A stretch of DNA of 64,000 nucleotides from IMG/VR virus record IMGVR_UViG_3300031555_010338; one strand, 5' to 3'. Source of the stretch: a virus (Duplodnaviria; Caudoviricetes). Position numbers and translations under genes: made by a program. Positions 9,479-20,124 of this stretch are shown here, piece after piece. Each line of letters opens with the position of its first letter. Position 1 is the first letter of the stretch. Under the pieces are notes generated by a model. The model was not told the DNA's origin, did not search any database, and was given only the letters and a program-made list of their open reading frames with translations.

Positions 9479-11104
9479 TTAAACACAGAAGCCGAAGGAC
9501 ACGCCATAACTGATGTCGGCGCTGTAATAGTCGGCGGAGCCGCCGCTGCTAACACAACAGAAATACGTGGAGATGCTGGAACAAGGAGAACGCTCCCACC
9601 AGGGACTGGCTGAACCAGAACCATTAGAAAGATACTTGACTCTTTTTGCAGACGTGGTAGCATAGCTGCTGTAATAATCGTACTGCTTGCCTTCACCAGC
9701 AACAGAATAAGTTGTTGAACCAAAAATCTCTACCTCAGACAGCAAGAAACAATAATCGTTCGTTGTTTCAAGTGCCGTACCAGTATTGCCGACACTCGTA
9801 ACCTTCTGTACGGGGCGAATCACAGCCTTTACATCATCTGGGAGTGTGTCATAAATCGCACCTCCTGGCTGCAGTCTTGTACGCATTGCACAGCTTGCCC
9901 ATCCGCCAACATTGGTGCTGGACGAATTCATGGTGTTGGTTGATGCCATACTATTCTTCATACAGAATGTAATTCCGGCATAGCCAGTACCATCAGCAAG
10001 TACATCGTGAGTAAATCCGATGATCTGCAATGTCACCGTCTCTCCTGTTGTCAGCTCTACATCCTTTTCGTCTCCAAGCGTATAATACATTTCAGGGCTA
10101 CCGCTCTGAGCCAACGCACTGATCGTCTCCCAGGAATCCTCTGCAAGAATATGTTTATCGCTCAAATCTGCTGTTTTTGTGTACATAAACGGTGTAACAT
10201 CAAAAGAAACCTCCGCGATAATCGCATCTTCATAATCTGTAAACTGCCCCTTCCATGTACCAGTGGTTGGGAGTGCATATGTAATAGTCTGTCCTGCCTT
10301 GGTATAAGAGCCAGTCAACACATTACTGCCACAAGTCAAAGTAAGTGTATATGGAGTAATACCTGCGGGATATGGAGCAGGCAACTTCACGGACACATAT
10401 GCAACGGCCTTTGTTCCATCACCAACACAATCAACATAAGCATTTGTTGGATACAAAATCAACCCATTATAAACCCAATATGTAGAAGAATATCGGATAT
10501 TATTTACATAATTCTGTCCTTCAGAGCATGTCTCGCTCCAATCGGTCAGTTTCCATGTATCCTCAGATTTAACATATGTACATGACACCCATCCAATAGC
10601 GGTAAATTCGCTGGACGCAGTATCATATGTCTGGATGGCGAAATCAGATGTCATAAACATAACAGACACATGGTTTGAACTTTCCAAAATTGCCATGTGA
10701 TCGTAATCACCTGTGTACATGGTCTTTGCGTGTTCAACATAAGACTCATATACTTCTGGCAAGGACGCTGTTGGTGCAATTTCAAGTGTACCAGTCACAC
10801 CGTAGATTGTAACTCCTTCAGCGATATTCTGGGGTGCAAGGTTTTTATCTCCCGCAACAATGACTCGGCTAAAACCATCATATCCATCATCTGGATACTG
10901 AATAAATGATTTACCAGTAGGCTCAATCTCTCCAAGCTGAAGCAATACATCCTCTCCAGTTCCAGTAGGAATATCACGAATCAAGTCAGCATATTCGCGG
11001 AATGTTGCATCGTCTGGCAATTCCACACCCTTGCTCACGATTGCATTACCGATCTGGGTCTTTGTCTCCAGCAAATAATTCAATTTTGTTCCAATATCGC
11101 TCAT
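9479..11104 (-). CDS. DGR target 1: tail fibre/adhesin with C-terminal DUF6273-like (C-type lectin-fold) domain
   Basis: Ends WWERSP...GVSFGFCV containing VR1; at the end of the tail gene cluster. Confidence 0.85.
   Translation of the reverse strand: MSDIGTKLNYLLETKTQIGNAIVSKGVELPDDATFREYADLIRDIPTGTGEDVLLQLGEIEPTGKSFIQYPDDGYDGFSRVIVAGDKNLAPQNIAEGVTIYGVTGTLEIAPTASLPEVYESYVEHAKTMYTGDYDHMAILESSNHVSVMFMTSDFAIQTYDTASSEFTAIGWVSCTYVKSEDTWKLTDWSETCSEGQNYVNNIRYSSTYWVYNGLILYPTNAYVDCVGDGTKAVAYVSVKLPAPYPAGITPYTLTLTCGSNVLTGSYTKAGQTITYALPTTGTWKGQFTDYEDAIIAEVSFDVTPFMYTKTADLSDKHILAEDSWETISALAQSGSPEMYYTLGDEKDVELTTGETVTLQIIGFTHDVLADGTGYAGITFCMKNSMASTNTMNSSSTNVGGWASCAMRTRLQPGGAIYDTLPDDVKAVIRPVQKVTSVGNTGTALETTNDYCFLLSEVEIFGSTTYSVAGEGKQYDYYSSYATTSAKRVKYLSNGSGSASPWWERSPCSSISTYFCCVSSGGSADYYSADISYGVSFGFCV
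9486..9617 (-). repeat. DGR variable repeat VR1
   Basis: Ungapped 132-nt match to TR with 22 mismatches, all at TR adenines. Confidence 0.95.
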
Positions 11105-11106
11105 TG

Positions 11107-11427
11107 TTATACCTCTTCTCCGTTGATATTATCAAGAATAGTAGCAATATCTCCAATCTGAGAATCCACATACTCAGTAGTAGCAAAGCCACTTGTATCA
11201 GTAGAGCCTCCTGATGTAGTCACTGGCTCCCACTCAGATGTCGATGTATTATATACTTCAAACTGCTCTGTCTCCTTATTGTATCTCAGGCCGTGAATAC
11301 CACTTTCGTCCGACACATCACTGCCCATAAATTCATCAATAGCAGAAAAGTTTTCATTCAGATTTTCAATATCAATGACATCTGTGTACTCTGGCAACTT
11401 CAAATTTTTATTTGTTGTGTATTTCAT
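11107..11427 (-). CDS. Small tail-associated protein
   Basis: N-terminal TTNKNLKLPE...LNENF motif typical of tail fibre attachment segments. Confidence 0.55.
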   Translation of the reverse strand: MKYTTNKNLKLPEYTDVIDIENLNENFSAIDEFMGSDVSDESGIHGLRYNKETEQFEVYNTSTSEWEPVTTSGGSTDTSGFATTEYVDSQIGDIATILDNINGEEV

Positions 11428-11451
11428 GCCAAACTCCTTTTCATCTTTTCT

Positions 11452-11883
11452 TTATGCTCCACAAAGATCGCCCCAACAATATACGACACTGCTTGGCAAT
11501 CCATTTACACCATTTACATCTCCCCAGCGCAAAATGCCAGATACACTGGACGATGCAGATGGTGATACCATACCGTCTTCTCCGACCATAAGGATCTTGC
11601 CTTTATTACTTACTCCTTGAGAAATTGACACTTTTGTATCAACATCATCTTTTCGAGCGATATCAGTAGGAAGCAATTCCTTCTCAGTATTATCTTCATA
11701 ATAACGCAACCTATTGGCCTTATTTGAGTTGATCTGCACTCGCGCAGGGAGTCCATCTACATCAATAAAATCGAAAAACACATTGCCTGTGTTTGTGCAG
11801 TAATAAATGTACCCTTCAATCTTCTGAGACGGCAAATTAGTTTCATTTCCATAGTTCGCTTTGGAAAATGCCAATATAATCAC
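11452..11883 (-). CDS. Tail-associated hypothetical protein
   Basis: Tightly packed ORF with RBS in tail operon. Confidence 0.6.
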   Translation of the reverse strand: MIILAFSKANYGNETNLPSQKIEGYIYYCTNTGNVFFDFIDVDGLPARVQINSNKANRLRYYEDNTEKELLPTDIARKDDVDTKVSISQGVSNKGKILMVGEDGMVSPSASSSVSGILRWGDVNGVNGLPSSVVYCWGDLCGA

Positions 11884-11892
11884 CTCACTTAT

Positions 11893-12111
11893 TTATGTTG
11901 CATCGCTACTCAAACCATTTTTCAAATGTCCCCATGTAATCTGAGTAACAAGAACGCCATATTGCGCTTTTAATGCGGCAATCTCTTTATCCAGAATCAT
12001 CATGTTTGATTCGTCTGAATCTCCAGCGATTTCCGTTCTAAACGCAAGAAACTTCTTCTCATTATCAGATGACGGAGTAAGCGTTAATCCAATATTTGGA
12101 GATTTACTCAT
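11893..12111 (-). CDS. Hypothetical protein
   Basis: 72 aa, GGAGG RBS, operonic. Confidence 0.6.
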   Translation of the reverse strand: MSKSPNIGLTLTPSSDNEKKFLAFRTEIAGDSDESNMMILDKEIAALKAQYGVLVTQITWGHLKNGLSSDAT

Positions 12112-12124
12112 TGTTATACCTCCA

Positions 12125-12490
12125 TTACTCTAAAACTATATAATCAATATCAGCTAATGAGATATCATCCATTTCAGCTAATGTGCATTCATCAAATTCT
12201 TTAAGCGGCCTCCAATATGTATATAGAACATCACCATCAGAACTTAATCTCTTCCTATTCTTTTCACCAGGCAGCACATGCTTGACCACACTATCCGCAA
12301 AATCCAAACACACACGAAATATCTGGCCTGTTCCTGCTGATATTGTTTTTATTGTATTTGCTGCTGCGGCAGAAAGACGCATAATTGATGTGCCAGAATA
12401 AACGCGCAATGGCAGCTCTCTTAAAATAACATTTATTTCATGCCGCTTATGAATCTTAATTGAGTAGTTCTTCAAAGCCAACCACCACAA
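12125..12490 (-). CDS. Hypothetical protein
   Basis: Operonic ORF in tail region. Confidence 0.55.
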   Translation of the reverse strand: MWWLALKNYSIKIHKRHEINVILRELPLRVYSGTSIMRLSAAAANTIKTISAGTGQIFRVCLDFADSVVKHVLPGEKNRKRLSSDGDVLYTYWRPLKEFDECTLAEMDDISLADIDYIVLE

Positions 12491-12494
12491 TCTA

Positions 12495-12893
12495 TTAACT
12501 CATATTTTCAAGAACAAACTGGATATCTCCGGTTCTAAACATTACTGTTGTACTCGCTTCAACAGTTCTTGAGGTCGCCAATTTTGTAAAAACCAGCAGA
12601 TTGCCGCCAGTTATTGCATCATACACAACATAGTGCGTAATAACTCCCCAATTCCCCGTGCTTTCTGGTAATGCAACAATATCATCATTTGTAATTACTC
12701 CATTGTTGGGTTCAGATAAAACACTAAGTTTCACACGAGAATATCCACCAGATGTTGGTTCGGTCACTCCAGTGCCATCTACAGACGGAGTTGTTGTACT
12801 CACGCCTAAATACAACTCGTCAGGAAGGGTCGGAGTCTTTTTTGTACCAAACACATTCCCCATAATTTGATTCAAAAAGTATGTTGTATTCAT
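12495..12893 (-). CDS. Phage tail/baseplate protein
   Basis: LYLG.STT.P...GGYSRV...WG.ITH..YDA.TGGNLL pattern common in phage tail proteins. Confidence 0.65.
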   Translation of the reverse strand: MNTTYFLNQIMGNVFGTKKTPTLPDELYLGVSTTTPSVDGTGVTEPTSGGYSRVKLSVLSEPNNGVITNDDIVALPESTGNWGVITHYVVYDAITGGNLLVFTKLATSRTVEASTTVMFRTGDIQFVLENMS

Positions 12894-12902
12894 AAACCCT
12901 CC

Positions 12903-13286
12903 TTATTGAACATAAGATTTGTCAATATTATTTGTGATTAACATGATTCCTTGATTCGGGATTTCAACACGACCAGATTTATCTCGTAAAGAAATCTGAT
13001 AAACATATTTTCCATTCAATGCCACAGTATCTGACGGATTAAGTACAACACGCAAAGTATTAGGAGCTTGATCGGTTGTGCCTTCATCTGAATAAACTTC
13101 CATCTTCTTCGTCAATACAGGCACTCCATATTTATTAACATAATTGACTATCGCAAAATTTGCTTCACAATATGTCAAATCAAATCGTTCATTATTCTCA
13201 TAATAAAATATATGAAATAACAATTCCTGTGTTGATCCGCCGACAAAACTGATAATAGGCAATGTATATGGATTTGGAATATTCAT
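12903..13286 (-). CDS. Baseplate upper protein (BppU N-terminal-like)
   Basis: L.PSDT..L.GKYVYQI pattern; position in tail operon. Confidence 0.5.
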   Translation of the reverse strand: MNIPNPYTLPIISFVGGSTQELLFHIFYYENNERFDLTYCEANFAIVNYVNKYGVPVLTKKMEVYSDEGTTDQAPNTLRVVLNPSDTVALNGKYVYQISLRDKSGRVEIPNQGIMLITNNIDKSYVQ

Positions 13287-13313
13287 ATCAATACTCCCTT
13301 CTTTTCATATATA

Positions 13314-13340
13314 AAGCCGCACCACTTTTGTGGTGCGGCT
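13314..13340 (-). terminator. Intrinsic terminator
   Basis: agccgcaccac-tttt(g)-tggtgcggct hairpin. Confidence 0.65.
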
Positions 13341-13375
13341 ACTTTTACAAGTTAAAAGAGATGTAATATCCTCTA

Positions 13376-14599
13376 TTAAAATGTACCAACAGTGATAGCC
13401 GCCTCAACAGCAGTTACACGAGTGTCCATAGCAGTGTTCTTTCCGTCAGTGTAAGTCTGAGCGGCAGAAACAGCATCAGCCTCAGCCTGGTCAGCGTAAG
13501 CCTTAGCATCGGTCAGAGCCTGCTCAGCGGAACCAGCAGCATCGTAGTTAGATGCCAGACCATCAGCATAATCCTTGGCATTCTGCTCAGCAGCGTTCCA
13601 CTTGGCAACATCGCCGTCAGCGATCTTGTCCAACTCAGCCTTGTTAGCATGTTCGTGAGCCTTAGCCTCCAGAGCGGCAATACGAGCGATTGCGGCAGTC
13701 AGGTCAGAAGCCAGAGCATACTTGTCAACGCTGTCAACCTTCAGCGCAGCCTCAATAGCGGCGGTGATCTGGTCGGCAACGCCAGTAGTACCTACCAACT
13801 CTTCCAGAGCGGCAATGTCAGCCTCGTTTGCAGAAACCTTGTTGCTCAGTTCAAGAGCGTCAGCGGCGTGATCGTTGATCCAAGTGACCAGCTCATTGAT
13901 GGAATTCATGGTTTCATCGGGATTCTCCATGATAGCAGCAACAGCCTGAGCGATCTTGTAGTCAACTGAACCCTCGGTAGCAGAGTCAGCCTTCAGAGTG
14001 GAAACATCGCCCTCAACAACAGTCACACGCTCTTCAACAGCATCAACCTCACCCTGAGCCTTGTCAGCTGCAGACTTAGCAGCAGCGGCGGCAGTGGCGT
14101 TGGCTTCCTCAGCAGCCTTTGCACGATTGATTTCCTCAGTCAAAGCAGACTGCTCAGCCTTACCGTTGATCTTGTTAGTCAGATCAGTACCAAGCTCAGC
14201 CTCAGTCACTTCGTCCTTAGAGGCCAGAGCGCCCAAACCGTCGATAGAACCAGCGACTACATCCTCAACCTTCTGGTCAATGTAGTCCTTGGCAGCCTTA
14301 GAAGTAGGAACAGTGCTGTCGTCAGCATTCTCATCAATAACAGTTGTATAACCCTTGATGACATTTACCCATGCTGTACCATTCCAAACATCGCCAGTTC
14401 CTGTATTGGTGTTTACATAAAGAACGCCCTGTGCTGGAGATGTTGGTTTCCCCTCTTCTGTGGTGTAGAAACGGACAGCCTCAGTGTACAGATTTGCACC
14501 AAAGTACAGCTCACGGGTATCCTCACACAGATAGAAGGATGTGGCGTTACGCTCGGCGGGCAGAGATGCCTTGGAACCCTTATAAATCAAATTAGCCAT
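13376..14599 (-). CDS. Ala-rich coiled-coil virion fibre protein
   Basis: 407 aa; Ala-rich heptad-like segments, AKDYAD repeats. Confidence 0.65.
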   Translation of the reverse strand: MANLIYKGSKASLPAERNATSFYLCEDTRELYFGANLYTEAVRFYTTEEGKPTSPAQGVLYVNTNTGTGDVWNGTAWVNVIKGYTTVIDENADDSTVPTSKAAKDYIDQKVEDVVAGSIDGLGALASKDEVTEAELGTDLTNKINGKAEQSALTEEINRAKAAEEANATAAAAAKSAADKAQGEVDAVEERVTVVEGDVSTLKADSATEGSVDYKIAQAVAAIMENPDETMNSINELVTWINDHAADALELSNKVSANEADIAALEELVGTTGVADQITAAIEAALKVDSVDKYALASDLTAAIARIAALEAKAHEHANKAELDKIADGDVAKWNAAEQNAKDYADGLASNYDAAGSAEQALTDAKAYADQAEADAVSAAQTYTDGKNTAMDTRVTAVEAAITVGTF

Positions 14600-14715
14600 A
14601 ATGTTTACTTCCTTTCCGTCGTAATAACGACAATCAAAATGATAATGTGTACTTTGTGATAAAAACTACATGTTCTTCATCACATATATTGTTCAACTAA
14701 TTCCTATATGGAAAA

Positions 14716-15087
14716 TTAGAAAGAACCTACCAAAGATGAAATGACTTCATCCTTTGTTGCGACGCTATCTTCAACAACATCGCCTGCTGTGCCATTTTTC
14801 GGCACATGATATGTACGGATCTCTCCTGCGCTGATCCAAGTAAGCTTGCACTCATTATTATCATTGGACACATAAAACAGGTCGTCTTTCAAAGTTTCCA
14901 TCGCAATGCCATCTTCTGTCATTACCCAAGAACCTTCAATGTTATAAACACCAGTTTCCAACTCACAAATCACAACGGGAGATCCGATCAGATTTACAAC
15001 TGGTTTATTTGACAACTCATCATAATCAGATGAACCGCCAATACCTCCAGCAGAAACCATACCCACAAAGAAAGGCATATCAGACAT
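14716..15087 (-). CDS. Hypothetical virion protein
   Basis: GGSSDYDELSNKP motif seen in fibre proteins; AGGAGG RBS. Confidence 0.6.
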   Translation of the reverse strand: MSDMPFFVGMVSAGGIGGSSDYDELSNKPVVNLIGSPVVICELETGVYNIEGSWVMTEDGIAMETLKDDLFYVSNDNNECKLTWISAGEIRTYHVPKNGTAGDVVEDSVATKDEVISSLVGSF

Positions 15088-15099
15088 ATGATCCTCCTA

Positions 15100-15393
15100 T
15101 CAATACATATAATAAATATTCGCCGCTACAGCTTCCTTAAATACAAGGCTCGATACATCAATTTGCCCGAACCCAAGTTCAAACACACCAGACACGATAG
15201 GAATATCACACCCATTGATAGATACTTCTGTCCCCGCTGGACATTGAATGCCAATCTTCCTTACAATCATATGTGGAGAAAATGCAAGCGTACTATTTTT
15301 ATGCTTTTCCATTTCCTCTTTCTTAAAAATATCCAACATATTCACATTGGCTACGGTAGTTCCATTAAAACTACCAAGTGTACCCTTTGACAT
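15100..15393 (-). CDS. Hypothetical protein
   Basis: 97 aa from ATG 15393 with GAGGTG RBS. Confidence 0.6.
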   Translation of the reverse strand: MSKGTLGSFNGTTVANVNMLDIFKKEEMEKHKNSTLAFSPHMIVRKIGIQCPAGTEVSINGCDIPIVSGVFELGFGQIDVSSLVFKEAVAANIYYMY

Positions 15394-15415
15394 AATTCCA
15401 CCTCTAATCCAATAT

Positions 15416-16219
15416 TTATCCACCAACACTAACTGGAAATTCACATATAATTTCCACTACACACTTTCCAACGATCTTCAACCGATTATCGCCTCGAACA
15501 AGTTTCAAAAAGTTAAAATTGAAATATGGATATAGATTTAGATTCTCATTGTTAGTTATGATTCCGTTTTCATTATCAATCTCAACCTCTAAGTTTTCAC
15601 TTGGCAATTCAGAAAACTCAAATACATTTTCATTATCTGAATAATTTATAATCTGAACAAAATTGCTATTCTCAAATGTAATTTTGATCTTTGGAAAATA
15701 CTCACCTCTATAACTACTCAGATTCTGAATTATAAATTCTGTTTCGCCATCGATTTCATATGAGTAAGAAATTGGATATCTATAAGCGAACGGGGAATCA
15801 CAAACAACATCACAAGAAAAAGCGATAGGAAGGTTTCCAAGTTCTACTACAGATAATTTTGTGATTCTGCATTTGAATCGAACATGCTCCATATCAGACT
15901 GTTCAATTTCTAACCATTTATATCCATCAATCGGGGAAAGCCATGCGCTTATAACTTCAAGATCCCACGCATCAAAATATTCACCACGATTTGCGATTGA
16001 TTGATCTGCTCCAAAAACCATATTGAATGTTAGAGGCTTATTATGTGAAACTCCATAAAAAAAAGACTTGTATCTTCGCAGAATACGGTCTTCAGATATA
16101 TCAGATGGAATCGAAAATGATTTATTGCCTGGTGCCACCCCATTCACTTCATACAGTCGGAGGCCATATTCTGTACATGGAATTCCATCATAAACAAAAT
16201 AATTTCCCCAAAACGCCAT
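15416..16219 (-). CDS. Distal tail protein (Dit)
   Basis: F.CDSPFAY and FLKLVRGDNRL motifs; position near TMP/Tal. Confidence 0.75.
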   Translation of the reverse strand: MAFWGNYFVYDGIPCTEYGLRLYEVNGVAPGNKSFSIPSDISEDRILRRYKSFFYGVSHNKPLTFNMVFGADQSIANRGEYFDAWDLEVISAWLSPIDGYKWLEIEQSDMEHVRFKCRITKLSVVELGNLPIAFSCDVVCDSPFAYRYPISYSYEIDGETEFIIQNLSSYRGEYFPKIKITFENSNFVQIINYSDNENVFEFSELPSENLEVEIDNENGIITNNENLNLYPYFNFNFLKLVRGDNRLKIVGKCVVEIICEFPVSVGG

Positions 16220-16234
16220 GTTATTGCTCCTATT

Positions 16235-16402
16235 TTATGTAGACTCTGCTTTTTGGATTTCAGAAGAAGCGACAATTTCCTTCACTTCTTCTAATACAGC
16301 AATACTTCCGCTCAAATTAGCCAAATTTGCCTTACCACATACACTAATACTATTGAGTGCGGACAACACAGCACTCAAACGGCCAAGAATATCATTCTTC
16401 AT
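16235..16402 (-). CDS. Small hypothetical protein (55 aa, not in ORF track)
   Basis: MKNDILGRLSAV...KAEST*; GAGGTG RBS; fills the gap between Tal and Dit. Confidence 0.6.
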   Translation of the reverse strand: MKNDILGRLSAVLSALNSISVCGKANLANLSGSIAVLEEVKEIVASSEIQKAEST

Positions 16403-16403
16403 T

Positions 16404-19400
16404 TTACACCTCTACGGAATTTATTTTCTTTTCCAACTCATCGACACGTTGATACAACTTTTGAATCATATGTGTATTTAATGCAATAAACTCTGAATAA
16501 CGAAGTGAATACTCGTCCTCATAAGCCTTGTGAACATCTTCTACGCCAGACGCTTGAACAAGTCCCGCAAAATCTTGTGTTGAAATACAAGCATTCTTCA
16601 ATGCGGATTCCACATCCTGCGCTATATATCCAATGTGGTATCTATCACTTGTCCCCGCATTAAATTTATAATAACTCGGTTTCAACCCAAAAAAGAATTC
16701 GTCATACTTGCTCATTTCATAAGAAATATCATGCTTCATTCTTTGATCTGAAGTTGTCTCAATTTCTGTGTCAGCTACAATTCTTGTTTTTCCGATGGTA
16801 AACCCAATATTGGGACTTTGCATTCTAACTCCAGCGTTCGTTGCGATAAAGTAGAAATCAGGATCTGAGCCATACATCTTTGCACCATATGTATCACTTA
16901 CTCCATCATTTCCTACTGCGCAGCAAAATCCGCCCCAATAGCTTCCAAGTGTAACGAGATCAGCATCAATTAGGCCAGTTTTAATGGCAGACGCATTGAT
17001 TAAAATGTCTCCGTTATAACTGTAAATGCCATCGTCTTCATAAGCATTTAACAAGGCAGTATAAATGCTTCTTCGTGTAACAGACGCATTGCTGCCATTT
17101 TCGCCGCGAATTCTTACCGCTGCAGTCCAACTGATACCACCGTCATATGTGTACGATGCAAAATAATCAGAATCGCTCATAGATCGATGCCAACTACTGC
17201 TACCAATAGATGGGAACGAAGAGTAATTACCAGATGGCGCAGATAAGTATATTGTTGAGTATAGCACTTGTACCGGACTGCTCGTATTGCTCCACGTAAT
17301 ATCGCCAGCCAAATTGATACTTCCGGTCATAGTAATATTTCCCGTTTCTCCGTCGATCTGGATGTTTCCAAGATCAAGGTAATCGCTGTTAAATCTATTT
17401 GTACCAGCAACCAACATAGAATCTCCATTGCTGTCAAGAAAATCTTGCGCCTGTACCACTCCACTGAACTTACCATCGCATCCTTCCAGTATCCCCTTAA
17501 TATGCACATTGCCATTGGTATCAACCCAAAACTTAGCTCTGGTTTCATCAATGGTGTACTCATCATCGGTGTACAATGGGTATTCACCGATTGCAATACC
17601 GGAATGTGGATTGAGCGTAATATGTACCTTGTTGCCGTCATAAATATCGAAAACCGCGTTATGAAGAGACGCACCATTTCCATCCACACGAAATACAGCA
17701 GTATCTCCATCCTTTTTTGTGCTTTCGATAATCAGACTGTTGCCGGCCAACAGCTTACCAATCAAGCTATCTGCAATAACGCCACTAAGCAAAGCGCCGT
17801 CCTCAGACACCATTTGTCCGATTGCCAGATTTGCAGTGTTCCAGCTATCGGTTGTAAACATGATTGATCCGTTGTTCATCCATATCTCATAAGGTTCATA
17901 CTCAGTCGCAGAGCCATCTTTCCATTTGCGAAAACGCAAACCAGACTCGCCCCATGAAATCGCCTGCCCACTGGTTGACATGATATTGTTCTTGGCAATG
18001 TCCAACGCAGACTTCATAAACTTGCTTAGTGAAGTTTCTGCACCACTGTTGACAAACTGGCTATATGTCCACTTGCCAGCATCAAGTGTCGATCCAGCAG
18101 TCTTAGAGTCATCAAACAAATCAGTATAAAGGAACTTAAACCCGTTACTTGAATATTTGCTTGACAATTCAGCAGAAAAATCTTCAAAATTCTCAAATGA
18201 AATATGAACCGCGACAAGATATGGTTTCATAACTGTTCCGTCTCTCTTTTGCCAATACAATCGGCTGCCAAGTTCAAGCTTGTTCTTAAATGCCTCGAAC
18301 TCTGACATTGCCAAAAAGTTCGCCAAATCAAGTGAACAAGAGTAGGCTGGGTACGCCAACTTTTCCAACAACTCAACACCATAGTCAAACAAATCCCATT
18401 CAACGGAACGCTGCTCATACTCTGTTGTGCTTCTTGTGAAATACAAATCAGCCGTACCAACCTTGAAAGACATGTCTGTTCCATCGGAAATTGCACCACC
18501 AACCGTAGTGTCTTCTTTCACATTGGATGTAACAGAGCTTGCCGTGCCAGAAATAGATACGCAACCGCTTGGGAACGATTGCCCATTTAATTTGCCTCCG
18601 CTAAGTCGTGCCGTAAACAAAAGATTTTTGTCCGTGTCGTAATCGAGAGAAGCACGGATGAGATTTGCACTCAGCACAAACCCAGATGTTGAACATTCAA
18701 TTCGTCCACCGGATGCAGAGTAGATATCCTTACCAAGCTCATTCTCTGACATTGTAATGATACTATTTGTCAAATTGAAGATGGTTCCAGATACCTTTGT
18801 ACTCTCGCCAGCGCTGTCAAAAGCGTCAACCTCGATTGCAACAAAGGAGTCCTCCGAAATAGAATCTTCTTTCAAATATCGATCAACGATTTTATACTCA
18901 TCTTCTGTAAAAAATGCGCTCAGCTTTGTCTTCTGATTGATACTTTGCATTGTTACATTCAGGCTGGCTACTGCGGCTGAAATCGTTTCAATTTCACTCT
19001 GTTTTGTAGTAATTTCTCGTTTCTTTGCTTTGATGTTGCTGTTTGCGGCATTCAAGTCGCTTTGCTTTTTCAATCCCTGGGCAATGCCTTGGATAATTAC
19101 GGCCTGAATATTTTCCAAACTCGCAAGTTCTCCTTGCAAAGTAGTGAGCGCCGCCTGCTCTGTAACAAGCTGCGCAGTTTTCAAAGCTTCCTCAACGGTA
19201 AGGTTAAAATATTGCCGCTGATATGATTGGAAGGTTTGTTTCCAGCTTTTATACTTATCGATCATTTCTTGGCTGAAATTTTCAAGCGTCATGAAATAAT
19301 CGAGGTTAATAATGTTGGTTGTACCCATTGGGTTTACACTTCGGATATCCACACCTTCTGCGCCATATATACCAAGACTTGTAACAATGCTTTCAGTATC

Positions 19401-20060
19401 CTCGGCAATTTCGACATCCTTAACCAAGTTATTCATTGAAAACAAAACCGGCGAAATAGCTGGCTCATTGACAATATCGCGCACATAAATCACACGATTG
19501 TATGTATCAAAGTCAAAAACACATCCATAGCTTTCCTGCAAATCAGACTTCATGAAGTTGTAAATATTCTGATCGCCACTGTCATCAAATGTGCGGTATT
19601 TGTCAATCAGTGAAGCATCCACACTGCCGACCTTCCAAGACGGCATACAATCTAAAATCATGCCAAGAATAGTTCCGCTTGGTGCAATGGGATTCCACAA
19701 ATTGTATGTTCCAGCGGTCAAAGCAAGCTTCTTCAGTGTAAACTCATACTCCAATGAATAGGCTGTACAAGCTTTTACCAGTTTCACACCATCATCATTT
19801 TCCTTTGGATTTTGTAGCAGAAAGCGCCCATACCCTTTCAGGTCGATAATACGCATACCAATAACACGGTTGTAATTTGGTGTCAATTCTCCATCAACAT
19901 AACCAGGAAGATCGAACGTCAGTGTGGAGATTTCGTTATAGCAAAGATCAGCCTCCACATTGAAGGCATATTTCAATACTCCAACAGGAGTATCGTCCAG
20001 ATTTTGCAAAATAAGTAAAGGCGCTTCCTTGACATTAACCTTCGCAAAATCAATTACCAT
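16404..20060 (-). CDS. Tail spike/Tal-like protein with C-terminal intramolecular chaperone (peptidase S74-like)
   Basis: TSDQRMKHDI...GYIAQDV...LRYSEFIAL...IQKL C-terminus; directly after TMP; start moved to ATG 20060 (AGGAGG). Confidence 0.85.
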   Translation of the reverse strand: MVIDFAKVNVKEAPLLILQNLDDTPVGVLKYAFNVEADLCYNEISTLTFDLPGYVDGELTPNYNRVIGMRIIDLKGYGRFLLQNPKENDDGVKLVKACTAYSLEYEFTLKKLALTAGTYNLWNPIAPSGTILGMILDCMPSWKVGSVDASLIDKYRTFDDSGDQNIYNFMKSDLQESYGCVFDFDTYNRVIYVRDIVNEPAISPVLFSMNNLVKDVEIAEDTESIVTSLGIYGAEGVDIRSVNPMGTTNIINLDYFMTLENFSQEMIDKYKSWKQTFQSYQRQYFNLTVEEALKTAQLVTEQAALTTLQGELASLENIQAVIIQGIAQGLKKQSDLNAANSNIKAKKREITTKQSEIETISAAVASLNVTMQSINQKTKLSAFFTEDEYKIVDRYLKEDSISEDSFVAIEVDAFDSAGESTKVSGTIFNLTNSIITMSENELGKDIYSASGGRIECSTSGFVLSANLIRASLDYDTDKNLLFTARLSGGKLNGQSFPSGCVSISGTASSVTSNVKEDTTVGGAISDGTDMSFKVGTADLYFTRSTTEYEQRSVEWDLFDYGVELLEKLAYPAYSCSLDLANFLAMSEFEAFKNKLELGSRLYWQKRDGTVMKPYLVAVHISFENFEDFSAELSSKYSSNGFKFLYTDLFDDSKTAGSTLDAGKWTYSQFVNSGAETSLSKFMKSALDIAKNNIMSTSGQAISWGESGLRFRKWKDGSATEYEPYEIWMNNGSIMFTTDSWNTANLAIGQMVSEDGALLSGVIADSLIGKLLAGNSLIIESTKKDGDTAVFRVDGNGASLHNAVFDIYDGNKVHITLNPHSGIAIGEYPLYTDDEYTIDETRAKFWVDTNGNVHIKGILEGCDGKFSGVVQAQDFLDSNGDSMLVAGTNRFNSDYLDLGNIQIDGETGNITMTGSINLAGDITWSNTSSPVQVLYSTIYLSAPSGNYSSFPSIGSSSWHRSMSDSDYFASYTYDGGISWTAAVRIRGENGSNASVTRRSIYTALLNAYEDDGIYSYNGDILINASAIKTGLIDADLVTLGSYWGGFCCAVGNDGVSDTYGAKMYGSDPDFYFIATNAGVRMQSPNIGFTIGKTRIVADTEIETTSDQRMKHDISYEMSKYDEFFFGLKPSYYKFNAGTSDRYHIGYIAQDVESALKNACISTQDFAGLVQASGVEDVHKAYEDEYSLRYSEFIALNTHMIQKLYQRVDELEKKINSVEV

Positions 20061-20124
20061 TATCCAATACCTCCTTTTTTTTGATAGATAAAGCGGCCAC
20101 CCCGTTAAGAGTGGCCGCATAAAA

